A stretch of DNA of 64,000 nt, from NCBI GenBank assembly GCA_030456445.1, contig JAKDNM010000003.1:4981-68980 (forward strand), in the 5' to 3' direction. The notes beneath the pieces are model-generated. The model did no database searches, had not been told where the DNA came from, and saw only the letters and a program-made list of their open reading frames with translations. The position numbers and the translations under genes were made by a program. Shown here piece by piece: positions 47,391 to 57,027 of the stretch (position 1 is the stretch's first letter; each line of letters starts with the position of its first letter). The stretch comes from Hyphomicrobiales bacterium. Its GTDB lineage: Bacteria; Pseudomonadota; Alphaproteobacteria; Rhizobiales; Rhizobiaceae.

Positions 47391-47570
47391 ATTTCCATCC
47401 CAAATCATTGTCTCGGTACCGCCGCCACCCGCGACGGTACCTGGATGCAACGATGATGGGCACCGTCAAGCCCCGCCGTCAACCGGCGCAATCGCAAGGC
47501 AGGCATGCAATGAGGGCGGGTAAAGTCGCCGCCTACACCTTAATAGGAGGCTGCTCCGCTAAGCTGGAGC

Positions 47571-47780
47571 ACCCCTCATCCGACCTCCCCTCCGCTTCGC
47601 TTCGGCTCGGCCACCTTCTCCCACAGGGGGAGAAGGGGAATTCGGCATTACCGGTCCCGCAAATCATCGATGTTGAAAATTGGCGAAAGGAGCAATGCAA
47701 CTCCTCCTCGCCCCTTGTGGGAGAGGATAGGGAGCCCCGGTGAGGCGGAGCCGAACCGTCGGGCGAACTTGGTGAGGGGT
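47571..47780. repeat. Inverted pair of Rhizobiales REP-like units
   Basis: CCCCTCATCC...CCTTCTCCCACAGGGGGAGAAGG (47571-47639) and inverted CTCGCCCCTTGTGGGAGAGG...GGTGAGGGGT (47701-47780) around a 60-bp spacer. Confidence 0.7.
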
Positions 47781-47812
47781 GGGGGTGGCTACCCTATGCG
47801 GCGACCTCTCCT

Positions 47813-48613
47813 CTACCCGTTCGCCTTCGCGACCGCGCGCTTTGCCATCACCACGACAAGCGCGGCGCGGTAGTCGGAGGAGGCGTGGATGTCCGCCATC
47901 AGGTTCTTCGCGGGGACGGTTACGCCTTCCAGCGCGGAGGCGTCGAACTTCTTCGACAAAGCCGCCTCGATCTCCTTGGAGCGGAAGACGCCGTCTTCGC
48001 CGGCGCCCGTCACCGCGACGCGCACATCGTCCTTGCCCTTGGCGACGAAGACGCCCGTCATCGCGTAGCGCGAAGCGGGGTTGCGGAACTTCTCGTAGCC
48101 GGCCTTGGCGGGCGCCGTGAATTTCACCGCCGTGACGATCTCGTCGTCTTTCAGCGCCGTCTCGAAAAGGCCGGTGAAGAATTTCGCCGCAGCGATCTCG
48201 CGCTTGTTGGTGACCACCGTCGCGTCGAGCGCGATAAGCGCCGCCGGGTAGTCCGCCGCCGGGTCGTTGTTGGCGATCGAGCCGCCGATCGTGCCTTTGT
48301 GGCGGACGGCCGGGTCGCCGATATGGGCGGCGAGATCGGAGAACGCCGCGCAGACGGCCTTGAGTTTTTCATTCGAGGCCACTTCGCCATGGGTGGTACC
48401 GGCGCCGATGGTGACGTTCTTGCCGGACACCTTGATGCCCTTCATGTCGGCGATGTGGCAGAGATCGACCAGGTCGCTTGGCGCGGCGAGCCTCGTCTTC
48501 ATGGCCGGCAGGAGCGTCATGCCCCCGGAGAGGAATTTTGCGTCCTCGCCCTTCTTGACCAGCTTGACGGCATCGGCGACGGAAGAGGCGCGGTGGTACG
48601 TGACGGAATACAT
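47813..48613 (-). CDS. coxM: CoxM-like FAD-binding subunit (form II)
   Basis: [37 protein letters not shown]. Confidence 0.92.
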   Translation of the reverse strand: MYSVTYHRASSVADAVKLVKKGEDAKFLSGGMTLLPAMKTRLAAPSDLVDLCHIADMKGIKVSGKNVTIGAGTTHGEVASNEKLKAVCAAFSDLAAHIGDPAVRHKGTIGGSIANNDPAADYPAALIALDATVVTNKREIAAAKFFTGLFETALKDDEIVTAVKFTAPAKAGYEKFRNPASRYAMTGVFVAKGKDDVRVAVTGAGEDGVFRSKEIEAALSKKFDASALEGVTVPAKNLMADIHASSDYRAALVVVMAKRAVAKANG

Positions 48614-48642
48614 GGGTCGGTCTCCCTTTGGGATACGGTCTT

Positions 48643-48707
48643 GGGCAATCGGCATTCGGCAGACGGTAGATTCTTTCCTACTGCCGACTGCCTACTCCCG
48701 ATTGCCC
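48643..48707. repeat. Inverted heptamer-repeat hairpin (GGCAGTC/GGCAATC units)
   Basis: GGGCAATCGGCATTCGGCAGACGGTAG ... CTACTGCCGACTGCCTACTCCCGATTGCCC. Confidence 0.65.
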
Positions 48708-48709
48708 CC

Positions 48710-51064
48710 TCAATGCCTTGTCATCGCCTTCAACGACGCCCACACCTTCAGCGGCGTCGCGGGCATGGTCAAATCGTTATCGCCGATGGCGTCGGTGATG
48801 GCGTTCATGACCGCCGGCGGCGAGCCGATCGCGCCGGCCTCGCCGCAGCCCTTCATGCCGAGCGGATTGCCGGGGCAGGGCGTGTTGGAGGTCGACACCT
48901 TGAAGGACGGCAAATCGTCGGCGCGCGGCATGGTGTAGTCCATGTAGCTGGCGGTGACGAGCTGGCCGGAATCCGCGTCGTAGCGGCAGCCTTCGAGCAG
49001 CGCCTGGCCGATGCCCTGCGCGACGCCGCCATGGACCTGGCCCTCGACGATCATCGGGTTGATGATGTTGCCGAAATCGTCGGCGGCGACGAACTGGACG
49101 ATCTCGGTCACGCCCGTATCGGGATCGATTTCGACCTCGCAGATGTAGCAGCCGGCGGGGAAGGTGAAGTTCGACGGATCGTAGAACGCCGTCTCCTTCA
49201 GGCCGGGCTCCATGCCGTCGGGCAAATTGTGCGCGGTGTAGGAGGCAAGCGCCACCTGAAACCAGGGCAGGCTCTTGTCGGTGCCGGCGACCTTCAGTTC
49301 GCCGTTCTCGATGACGATGTCGGCCTCGTCGGCTTCCATCAGATGCGCGGCGATCTTCTTGGCCTTGGCCTCGACCTTGTCGAGTGCCTTGGAGATGGCG
49401 CTCATGCCGACCGCGCCGGAGCGCGAGCCGTAGGTGCCCATGCCCATCTGCACCTTGTCGGTGTCGCCATGGACGATGGAAACGCTGTCGATCGGCACGC
49501 CGAGGCGCTGGTTGACCAGTTGCGCGAACGTCGTCTCGTGGCCCTGGCCGTGGCTGTGCGAGCCGGTCAAGACCTCGATCGTGCCGACGGCGTTGACGCG
49601 GACCTCGGCCGATTCCCAAAGCCCGACGCCGGCGCCGAGCGAGCCGACCGCCTTCGACGGCGCGATGCCGCAGGCCTCGATGTAGCAGGAAAAGCCGATG
49701 CCCCTCAGCTTGCCGCGCTTCTTCGCCGCCTCGCGGCGCTTCGGGAAGCCGGCATAATCGGCCTCCTTCATCGCGGCATTGAGCGATGCGCCGAAATCGC
49801 CGGTGTCGTAGTTCATGATGACCGGCGTCTGGTGCGGGAACTGCGTGATGAAGTTGATGCGGCGGAACTCGGCCGGGCTCATGCCGAGTTCGCGCGCCGC
49901 CGTTTCCATCGTGCGCTCGATCAGATAGCACGCCTCGGGCCGGCCTGCGCCGCGATAGGCGTCCACCGGCGCGGTGTTGGTGTAGACGGTGCGTACATTG
50001 GCATGGATCGCCGGGATGTCGTACTGGCCCGACAGAAGCGTCGCGTAGAGATAGGTGGGCACCGAGGAGGAGAAGAGCGACATGTAGGCGCCGAGATTGG
50101 CGATCGTGTCGACCTTGAGCCCGATCACCTTGTTGTTCTTGTCGAGCGCCAGTTGCACTTCCGAGACATGGTCGCGGCCATGCGCGTCGGTGAGGAAGCT
50201 TTCGGTGCGGTCGGCCACCCATTTCACCGGCACGCCGGTGCGCTTGGACGCCCACAGGCAGACGATCTCTTCGGGATAGATGTAGATCTTGGAGCCGAAG
50301 CCGCCGCCGACATCCGGCGCGATGACTCTCAGCTTGTTTTCCGGCGCGACATTGTAGAACGCGCTCATGACGAGGCGGGCGACATGCGGGTTCTGGCTGG
50401 TGGTCCAGCAGGTGTAGTGGTCCTCGGCCTTGTTGTAATGGCCAAGCGCCGCGCGCGGCTCCATCGCGTTGGGGATGAGCCGGTTGTTGACGATATGCAC
50501 CTTCGTAACGTGGGCGGCCTTGGCGATCGCCTCGTCCGTCGCCTTGGCGTCGCCGATCTCCCAGTCGAAGATCAAATTGTTTTCAGCCTCGGGGTGAAGC
50601 TGCGGGGCGCCCTTCTTCAGCGCCTGCACCGCGTCGGTGACGGCCTTCTTCTCCTTGTAGACGACCTCGACGGCCTCGGCGGCGTCGCGCGCCTGTCCCT
50701 TGGTCTCGGCCACGACAATCGCCACCGCGTCGCCGACATAGCGCACTCGGTCGACCGCCAGCGGCGACCACGCGCCCATCTTCATCGGCGAGCCGTCCTT
50801 GGAGTGGATCATCCAGCCGCAGATCAGATTGCCGATGCCGTCGCCCTTGAGCTGCTTGCCGGTAAGCACTCCGATGACGCCGGGCATCGCTTCCGCCGCC
50901 TTCACGTCGATCTTCTTTATGTCCGCATGCGCGTAGGGGCTGCGCACGAACGCCGCATGCTTCATGCCCGGAACGACCATGTCGTCGACATAGCGGCCGG
51001 CGCCGGTGATGAAACGCCTGTCTTCCTTGCGCGCAACGCGTGCGCCAATGCCTTCAACGCCCAT
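48710..51064 (-). CDS. coxL: CoxL-like molybdopterin subunit, form II
   Basis: [19 protein letters not shown], active-site AYRGAGR, GQGHET, KGCGEAG. Confidence 0.93.
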   Translation of the reverse strand: MGVEGIGARVARKEDRRFITGAGRYVDDMVVPGMKHAAFVRSPYAHADIKKIDVKAAEAMPGVIGVLTGKQLKGDGIGNLICGWMIHSKDGSPMKMGAWSPLAVDRVRYVGDAVAIVVAETKGQARDAAEAVEVVYKEKKAVTDAVQALKKGAPQLHPEAENNLIFDWEIGDAKATDEAIAKAAHVTKVHIVNNRLIPNAMEPRAALGHYNKAEDHYTCWTTSQNPHVARLVMSAFYNVAPENKLRVIAPDVGGGFGSKIYIYPEEIVCLWASKRTGVPVKWVADRTESFLTDAHGRDHVSEVQLALDKNNKVIGLKVDTIANLGAYMSLFSSSVPTYLYATLLSGQYDIPAIHANVRTVYTNTAPVDAYRGAGRPEACYLIERTMETAARELGMSPAEFRRINFITQFPHQTPVIMNYDTGDFGASLNAAMKEADYAGFPKRREAAKKRGKLRGIGFSCYIEACGIAPSKAVGSLGAGVGLWESAEVRVNAVGTIEVLTGSHSHGQGHETTFAQLVNQRLGVPIDSVSIVHGDTDKVQMGMGTYGSRSGAVGMSAISKALDKVEAKAKKIAAHLMEADEADIVIENGELKVAGTDKSLPWFQVALASYTAHNLPDGMEPGLKETAFYDPSNFTFPAGCYICEVEIDPDTGVTEIVQFVAADDFGNIINPMIVEGQVHGGVAQGIGQALLEGCRYDADSGQLVTASYMDYTMPRADDLPSFKVSTSNTPCPGNPLGMKGCGEAGAIGSPPAVMNAITDAIGDNDLTMPATPLKVWASLKAMTRH

Positions 51065-51085
51065 CTGAATTCTCCTCCGTGGTGA

Positions 51086-51190
51086 GGCAGTCGGCAATTG
51101 GCAGTCGGCAGTCGAAAAATCTTCGCGCCGAACCCGCTTCCCGATCTCCTCGCGTCAATCCGATTGCCGACCGCCTAATGCCGATTGCCG
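51086..51190. repeat. Inverted heptamer-repeat hairpin (GGCAGTC/GGCAATC units)
   Basis: GGCAGTCGGCAATTGGCAGTCGGCAGTCG ... CGATTGCCGACCGCCTAATGCCGATTGCCG. Confidence 0.65.
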
Positions 51191-51191
51191 G

Positions 51192-51692
51192 TCACGCCGC
51201 CTTCTTCGCCTTGCCCTTGGATCCCTTCGCCATCGTCTTCGATGCCGCCAGCACCGATTTGACGATGTTGTGGTAGCCCGTGCAGCGGCAGATATTGCCT
51301 TCCAGCTCGTGGCGTACCGTCGTCTCGTCGAGCCCTTCGGGGTGGCGCGTGATCATGTCCACCGTGGTCATGATCATGCCCGGCGTGCAGAAGCCGCACT
51401 GCAGCCCGTGATTCTCCTTGAAGGCCACCTGGACCGGGTGCAAATCCGCGCCGTTCGCCAAGCCCTCGATGGTGGTCACCTCCGAGCCGGAGGCCTGCAC
51501 GGCCAGCATGGTGCAGGACTTCACCGCCTTGCCGTCGACATGCACCACGCATGCGCCGCACTGCGAGGTGTCGCAGCCGACATGCGTACCGGTGAGTTCG
51601 AGGTTCTCGCGCAGGAAATGTACCAGGAGCGTCCGGTCCTCGACCGTGCCCGATACTTTCCGGCCATTCACTACCAGCGATACGTCCGACAT
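51192..51692 (-). CDS. coxS: CoxS-like 2x[2Fe-2S] subunit
   Basis: [26 protein letters not shown]. Confidence 0.95.
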   Translation of the reverse strand: MSDVSLVVNGRKVSGTVEDRTLLVHFLRENLELTGTHVGCDTSQCGACVVHVDGKAVKSCTMLAVQASGSEVTTIEGLANGADLHPVQVAFKENHGLQCGFCTPGMIMTTVDMITRHPEGLDETTVRHELEGNICRCTGYHNIVKSVLAASKTMAKGSKGKAKKAA

Positions 51693-51872
51693 ATGTCCTC
51701 CCTAAATTTCGGGCCCAAAATTTCAGGCCTGAATTTCAAGATGCGCCGATCCCGGATCGAGACGCATCCGCATATTGGCGATTGCCGCGCCCGGCCGAAA
51801 CTATCACGACAATGCAGTCCGGCTTGAACACGTCATATTGTACTTTCGGCCGAATAAGGCTTCCGACGCAAG

Positions 51873-53135
51873 TTGCCAAATGTCGAATTGCCGACGATGA
51901 TGGAAAATATCCGGTCTGGGAGGGCCGGTCATCAGGGAGATGGTCACGTGGTGACCGAGCGTACCCAATATGATTGCGGCATCGTCGCCCTCACGGCGCC
52001 CGGCATCGGCGCCGACGGTTTCGCGCGAATGGTCGCCGGGGAGGCCGAAAAGCACGGCGCGGGCTTCGCCTTCATTTTCCATTCGCCGTCTCTCTTCACT
52101 TCAAAGGCCATCGAGGCGGCGATGCGCAAGCACGCGCCGCAACTGGCGCATGCCGGCTGCACGACGGCGGGCGAGATCACGCCCGAAGGCATCGGCGACG
52201 GAGAGGCGCTGGCGCTGATCCTGCCGGCGGCGCATTTCACCGTGCGGTCGGCGCTGATCGAGGACATTTCGACGTCCGGCATGCACATTGTCGCCGACGA
52301 GGTCGAACGGCTCATCCGCGAGCTTGACGATTGCGGCGACGGCGGGCCGGGCCGCCACCGCTTCGCCATGTGCCTGATCGACGGCATGTCGTTTGCCGAG
52401 GAGGCGGTGACCGCCGCCATCCATTGGGCGCTGGACGACATCCCGCTGGTCGGCGGTTCGGCCGGTGACGATCTGAGATGGCAAAAGCCGGTGCTCTTCC
52501 ATAACGGCACGGTCCGTTCCGGCAGCGCCGTCATTCTTCTCGTCGCGACCGACGTCCCCTTCAATATCTTCAAGACCGACAATTTCATCCCGACCGACGC
52601 GAAATTCGTCGTCACCGCGTCCGATGCCGACCGGCGCATCGTATCGGAGTTCAACGCGCGGCCGGCGGCGGTCGAATATGCCGAGGCGCTCGGCAAGGAT
52701 ATCGGCTCGCTGTCGCAGATGAGCTTCGCTTCCTCGCCTGTCGTCGTTCGCGTCGGCGGCGAATATTTCTGCCGCGCCATCCGCGGCGCCGGCGAGGACG
52801 GGTCGCTGGCCTTCGCCTGCGCCATCGACGACGGCGTCGTGCTGACGCTTGCCGAGGCGCGCGGCATGGTGGAATCGACGCGCACCGCGCTCGACGATCT
52901 CGACCGGCGGCTGGGCGGCATCGACATGGTGCTGGGCTTCGACTGCTGCTACCGCCGCGTCGACGCCGCCAACCGCCAGATCATGCGTCCGATGGCCGAG
53001 CTTTACCGCAAATACAATGTCGTCGGCTTCGGCACCTATGGCGAGCAGTACCAGTCCATGCATCTGAACCAGACGCTGACCGGCATCGCCTTCGGGAAGC
53101 GGCCTGCGGCCGCGCGCGCCGAGGCCGCCGAATAG
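51873..53135 (+). CDS. FIST N/C domain sensor, NosP-like
   Basis: GCTTAGEI, GGSAGDD, FACAIDDG, FDCCYRR, GFGTYGEQYQSMHLNQTLTG; true start probably a GTG near 51948-51951. Confidence 0.85.
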   Translation: MPNVELPTMMENIRSGRAGHQGDGHVVTERTQYDCGIVALTAPGIGADGFARMVAGEAEKHGAGFAFIFHSPSLFTSKAIEAAMRKHAPQLAHAGCTTAGEITPEGIGDGEALALILPAAHFTVRSALIEDISTSGMHIVADEVERLIRELDDCGDGGPGRHRFAMCLIDGMSFAEEAVTAAIHWALDDIPLVGGSAGDDLRWQKPVLFHNGTVRSGSAVILLVATDVPFNIFKTDNFIPTDAKFVVTASDADRRIVSEFNARPAAVEYAEALGKDIGSLSQMSFASSPVVVRVGGEYFCRAIRGAGEDGSLAFACAIDDGVVLTLAEARGMVESTRTALDDLDRRLGGIDMVLGFDCCYRRVDAANRQIMRPMAELYRKYNVVGFGTYGEQYQSMHLNQTLTGIAFGKRPAAARAEAAE

Positions 53136-53143
53136 GCCCTGAC

Positions 53144-54484
53144 ATGGCTCTCAACGAGATTGCCGATATCGAGCGCCTCAGGCGTATCAACCAGGCGCTG
53201 ATCGGCCGCGTCGAGCGCTCGATGGACCAGCAAGCCAATGCGTTTTCGCTGTTCCAGACCGCGATCAACCTCGAAAGCCGTATCCGCGAGCGCACCGACG
53301 AGTTGCGTTCGACGCTGCGCCGGCTGGAACAGTCCAACCACGAACTGGCGCTGGCCAAGGAGGCCGCCGAACAGGCCAATCTGTCGAAGACGCGCTTCCT
53401 TGCCGCCGCCAGCCACGACGTGCTGCAACCGCTCAATGCGGCGCATCTTTCGATCTCCGCGCTGACCGACCTGCAGATATCGGAGGACGGGCGACGGCTT
53501 GCCGGGCAGGTCTCGCGCGCGCTGGAGACGATGGAGGATGTGTTGCGCACGCTGCTCGACATCTCCAAGCTGGATGCCGGCGTGGTGAAGCCGGAAATCT
53601 CCGATGTCGAGTTGCAGACGCTTTTCCGCTCGCTGATGTCGGACTTTGCGCCGCTTGCCGCCAAGAAGGGCCTGGAATTGCGTTTCCGCGCCACCGATGC
53701 GGTCATCCGCACCGACCGCATGCTCTACCGGCGCGTCTTGCAGAACATCATTTCCAACGCGCTCCGCTATACGGTGAAGGGCGGCGTGATCGTCGGCGTG
53801 CGGCGCAAGGCCGGCCGGATCGTGGTCGCCATTGCCGATACCGGCATCGGTATCCCGCAGGAACAGTACGAAGCGGTCTACGAGGAGTTCCAGCGCGGCC
53901 GCAATGCCGGCGAGGCGGAGCGGTCGAGCGGCGGGCTGGGTCTCGGCCTTGCCATCGTCCGGCGGCTGATCTCGGCGCTCAGCCACGACATCTCCTTCAC
54001 GTCCAGGCTCGGCAAGGGCACGGTCTTCCAAGTGGCGGCCATGCCGGCCGAGGCGCGCTCGATCCGCGCCGCGCCGCCGATACGCGCGCTTGAAACGCCC
54101 CGATTCTACGGGCTCTACGGTGCCCGCGTTCTGCTCGTGGAAAACGACGCGGCAGTGCTGGAAGCGATGGCTGCGCTGCTCGATCGCTGGCATTGCTCGA
54201 TCCGCATGGCCTCGTCCACCCGTGAAGCGCTCCAATGTCTGGGCGATACGGACTGGGTGCCGGATCTCGTCATCGCCGACCAGCATCTGGACGATGGCGA
54301 TCTCGGCTCGACCACCATCGGCGAGGCCAGGCAATATCTGGGCCGCGCCTTGCCGGCCCTGATCATAACCGCCGACCCCTCCGACGCGCTGTCGATCACC
54401 GCGCGCCGGTCCGGCATCGAACTGATGCACAAGCCGGTCAAACCCGCCGAACTCCGCGCGCTGATGGCGCACCTGCTTGCTTGA
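53144..54484 (+). CDS. Soluble hybrid histidine kinase/receiver (NahK/ErcS'-like, no PAS or TM)
   Basis: FLAAASHDVLQPL H-box, NIISNA, DTGIGI, GLGLGL, receiver LLVEND...IADQHL...HKPV. Confidence 0.92.
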   Translation: MALNEIADIERLRRINQALIGRVERSMDQQANAFSLFQTAINLESRIRERTDELRSTLRRLEQSNHELALAKEAAEQANLSKTRFLAAASHDVLQPLNAAHLSISALTDLQISEDGRRLAGQVSRALETMEDVLRTLLDISKLDAGVVKPEISDVELQTLFRSLMSDFAPLAAKKGLELRFRATDAVIRTDRMLYRRVLQNIISNALRYTVKGGVIVGVRRKAGRIVVAIADTGIGIPQEQYEAVYEEFQRGRNAGEAERSSGGLGLGLAIVRRLISALSHDISFTSRLGKGTVFQVAAMPAEARSIRAAPPIRALETPRFYGLYGARVLLVENDAAVLEAMAALLDRWHCSIRMASSTREALQCLGDTDWVPDLVIADQHLDDGDLGSTTIGEARQYLGRALPALIITADPSDALSITARRSGIELMHKPVKPAELRALMAHLLA

Positions 54485-54502
54485 TTGGGACGTGACGTGT
54501 CG

Positions 54503-54584
54503 GTTTGGAGCAATTTCAGGAAAAGTGGAAACCGGTTTTCCGTCCGCAATTGCGTGAAAAAAATTTGCGTGAAAACAATACGAT
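54503..54584 (+). repeat. Rhizobiales intergenic palindromic repeat (RIME-like)
   Basis: GTTTGGAGCAATTTCAGGAAAAGTGGAAACCGGTTTTCCGTCCGCAATTGCGTGAAAA with internal TGCGTGAAAA duplication; matches 6595-6660 inverted; between convergent genes. Confidence 0.8.
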
Positions 54585-54626
54585 AGGGCAGAGCGAGGGC
54601 TTTATGCCAACCTGAACCCGGCACCC

Positions 54627-55742
54627 TCACCTCGGCGCGTTGCCGGCATTGTGCTTTTCCGGGAAGAGATCGGCCAATCCTTCGACCGAGGCTTTGCAGA
54701 CCCCGCGTTCGGTGATCAGTCCGGTGACGAGCCTCGCCGGCGTGACGTCGAAGGCCGGGTTGGCGGCCGGCGTCGTTTCCGGCGATATCCTGACGCGCGT
54801 CGTGCGCCCGTCCTCGCCGCGCCCCTGCACGAAGGACACCTCGTCGGCGGAGCGCTCCTCGATCGGGATTTCCTTCAAGCCGTCGCGCACCGTCCAGTCG
54901 ATGGTCGGAGAGGGCAGGCCGACATAGAAGGGCACGTGGTTGTCGTGGGCGGCGAGCGCCTTCAGATAGGTGCCGATCTTGTTACAGACATCGCCGTTCG
55001 CCGTGGTGCGGTCGGTGCCGACGATGACCATGTCGACCATGCCGCGCTGCATCAGGTGCCCGCCGGCATTGTCGACGATCAGCGTGTGCGGCACGCCGTG
55101 ACAGCCGAGTTCCCACGCGGTGAGATGCGCGCCTTGATTGCGCGGCCGCGTCTCGTCGACATAGACATGGACCGGCACGCCCTCCTCGGTGGCCAGATAG
55201 ATCGGCGCCGTCGCCGTGCCGTAATCGACGGTCGCGACCCATCCGGCATTGCAGTGGGTGAGGATATTGACCGGTTCGCCCGGTTTCTTGCGCGAGGCGA
55301 TCTCGCGGATGAGCGCCAGCCCGTTGCGGCCGATGGCGCGGTTGATCTCGACATCCTCGTCGGCGATTTCGGCGGCGCGCCGGTAGGCGGCGTCGGCGCG
55401 TTCCGAAACCGGCAGCGGCTTCAGTGTCCCGCGCATGTCGTCCAGCGCCCAGCGCAGATTGATGGCGGTGGGCCGCGTGGCGTACAGCGTCTCCCATGCC
55501 GCGTCGAGCGCTTCGTCGGAGGGGTCGCGGCGCATTTCCAGCGCCATGCCGTAGGCCGCCGTCGCTCCGATCAGCGGCGCGCCGCGCACCCACATGTCGC
55601 GGATGGCGACCGCGGCGGCATCCAGCGTGTGCAGTGTCTCGACGCGGAATTCATGCGGCAGCCAGCGCTGGTCGATGATGTCGACGCCGTGCCCGTCCTC
55701 GTTCATCCAGATCGAGCGATAATGGTGTTCTCCGACTCTCAT
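54627..55742 (-). CDS. mtnA: S-methyl-5-thioribose-1-phosphate isomerase
   Basis: [36 protein letters not shown]. Confidence 0.95.
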   Translation of the reverse strand: MRVGEHHYRSIWMNEDGHGVDIIDQRWLPHEFRVETLHTLDAAAVAIRDMWVRGAPLIGATAAYGMALEMRRDPSDEALDAAWETLYATRPTAINLRWALDDMRGTLKPLPVSERADAAYRRAAEIADEDVEINRAIGRNGLALIREIASRKKPGEPVNILTHCNAGWVATVDYGTATAPIYLATEEGVPVHVYVDETRPRNQGAHLTAWELGCHGVPHTLIVDNAGGHLMQRGMVDMVIVGTDRTTANGDVCNKIGTYLKALAAHDNHVPFYVGLPSPTIDWTVRDGLKEIPIEERSADEVSFVQGRGEDGRTTRVRISPETTPAANPAFDVTPARLVTGLITERGVCKASVEGLADLFPEKHNAGNAPR

Positions 55743-57007
55743 GCGTGGCTTGCCTTCTCGATCCGTACCGCGAGCGCGTTGACCTCTTCGATCGAATGAA
55801 TATGCCGGCGGTTTACCGCAAGGTGCCGGCCAAGCTCGATCGCGCCCGTCTCGCATCTGGCGCGCAGGCCCGTATCCTCAATGGTCTCGAAATCGGCGTT
55901 GTGTGCGAGACCGAGCACGCGCCGGTGCATTTCCACCCCGGCGAAGCCAAGCGTATCGGCCCAGAGGTCGGCGAGGAAATGATCGAGCGCCTGCTCGGCG
56001 CCGAGCCAGTCGCCCTGATCCTCAAACAACGCGCGCTGGTAGAGGATGCCGTTGCGCTCCTCGCGCCAGAGCCGGGCAAACTCCTCGCGGAAGACCGCCC
56101 ATGCTTCGATGATGGTGGCGAAGAGCCATTGCCGCATCGCTTCGCGGCTGCCCTGCGCTTCGTGGCCGCGCTGGGAAAAGTACGCCATCCAGAGATTGGA
56201 GAAATACATGCCCGTGTCGAGCGCCATCGGCCCGTAGAAGGCGAATTCCGGGTCGATCACCTTCGTCTCGCTGTCGGTGACCATGATCGAGCCGGAATGC
56301 AGATCGCCATGCACCATGGTCTGCGCGTTGGCGCAGAAGAGGTGCTTCATGTGCTGGGCGGCGACCTTCAAATCGCGGTCGGCCCGCAGCCGCGCCACGA
56401 TGCCATCCAGTTCCGGCGAAGTGTGCCGGTTACGCGGCGCGTCGAAATAGGGATCGGAGAAGACGAGGCCTTCGGTGATGTCGCAAAGTTCGATATTGCC
56501 GGCGAAGAGCGCGAGGTCGGCCTTGCGTTCGGGCGCTTCCATGGCGAGGTCGGAGCCGCGGAAGAGCGTGCGCGCCATGAACAGGCCCATATGCCGGGCA
56601 AGATCCGGCAATTGCCTGCCCTCGATCAGGGCGCGCCTGAGGATCACATGCGGCGACAGAAAATCCATGACGATCAGCGCCTGCGTCTCGTCGAAATGAT
56701 GGATCGCCGGCACCATGCCCGGATCGCGCGCATTCTGGCGGGTGAGCGCGTGATATTCGAAGAAGGAGCGCTTGAGCGGCAGCGGCCATGAATCGCCTAC
56801 AAGCCGCACATAAGGCAGCGCCTGCTTGACCACGACCGAGCCGCGATCGCCCTCGACGATGAAGACGAGGTTCAGATTGCCGTCGCCGACCTCGCGCACC
56901 TTCCAACTCTTGCCGTCAGGCCCGACACGCTCCTTGAGCGCGGCAATGCCCGCCAGCCGCGCGGGCAATGTCTCGACCGTCAGCGGTTCGAACACAAGCT
57001 TGTCCAT
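55739..57007 (-). CDS. mtnK: S-methyl-5-thioribose kinase
   Basis: [38 protein letters not shown]. Confidence 0.95.
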   Translation of the reverse strand: MDKLVFEPLTVETLPARLAGIAALKERVGPDGKSWKVREVGDGNLNLVFIVEGDRGSVVVKQALPYVRLVGDSWPLPLKRSFFEYHALTRQNARDPGMVPAIHHFDETQALIVMDFLSPHVILRRALIEGRQLPDLARHMGLFMARTLFRGSDLAMEAPERKADLALFAGNIELCDITEGLVFSDPYFDAPRNRHTSPELDGIVARLRADRDLKVAAQHMKHLFCANAQTMVHGDLHSGSIMVTDSETKVIDPEFAFYGPMALDTGMYFSNLWMAYFSQRGHEAQGSREAMRQWLFATIIEAWAVFREEFARLWREERNGILYQRALFEDQGDWLGAEQALDHFLADLWADTLGFAGVEMHRRVLGLAHNADFETIEDTGLRARCETGAIELGRHLAVNRRHIHSIEEVNALAVRIEKASHA

Positions 57008-57027
57008 TCGACCTCCCGCCAGTTTAT

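Noticed and set aside
48710-51064. Bona fide form I CO dehydrogenase
   Set aside because: AYRGAGR motif and S-L-M order are form II; no Cu-binding Cys motif or accessory cox genes
47885-51085. 1066-aa plus-strand ORF, and similar long antisense ORFs (744-2543, 19590-21482, 39639-41063, 56968-59298)
   Set aside because: They mirror well-supported genes on the opposite strand, have no recognisable motifs, and are expected in high-GC DNA
48643-51190. Heptamer arrays as a CRISPR locus
   Set aside because: Units are 7 bp, inverted, lack unique spacers, and there are no cas genes
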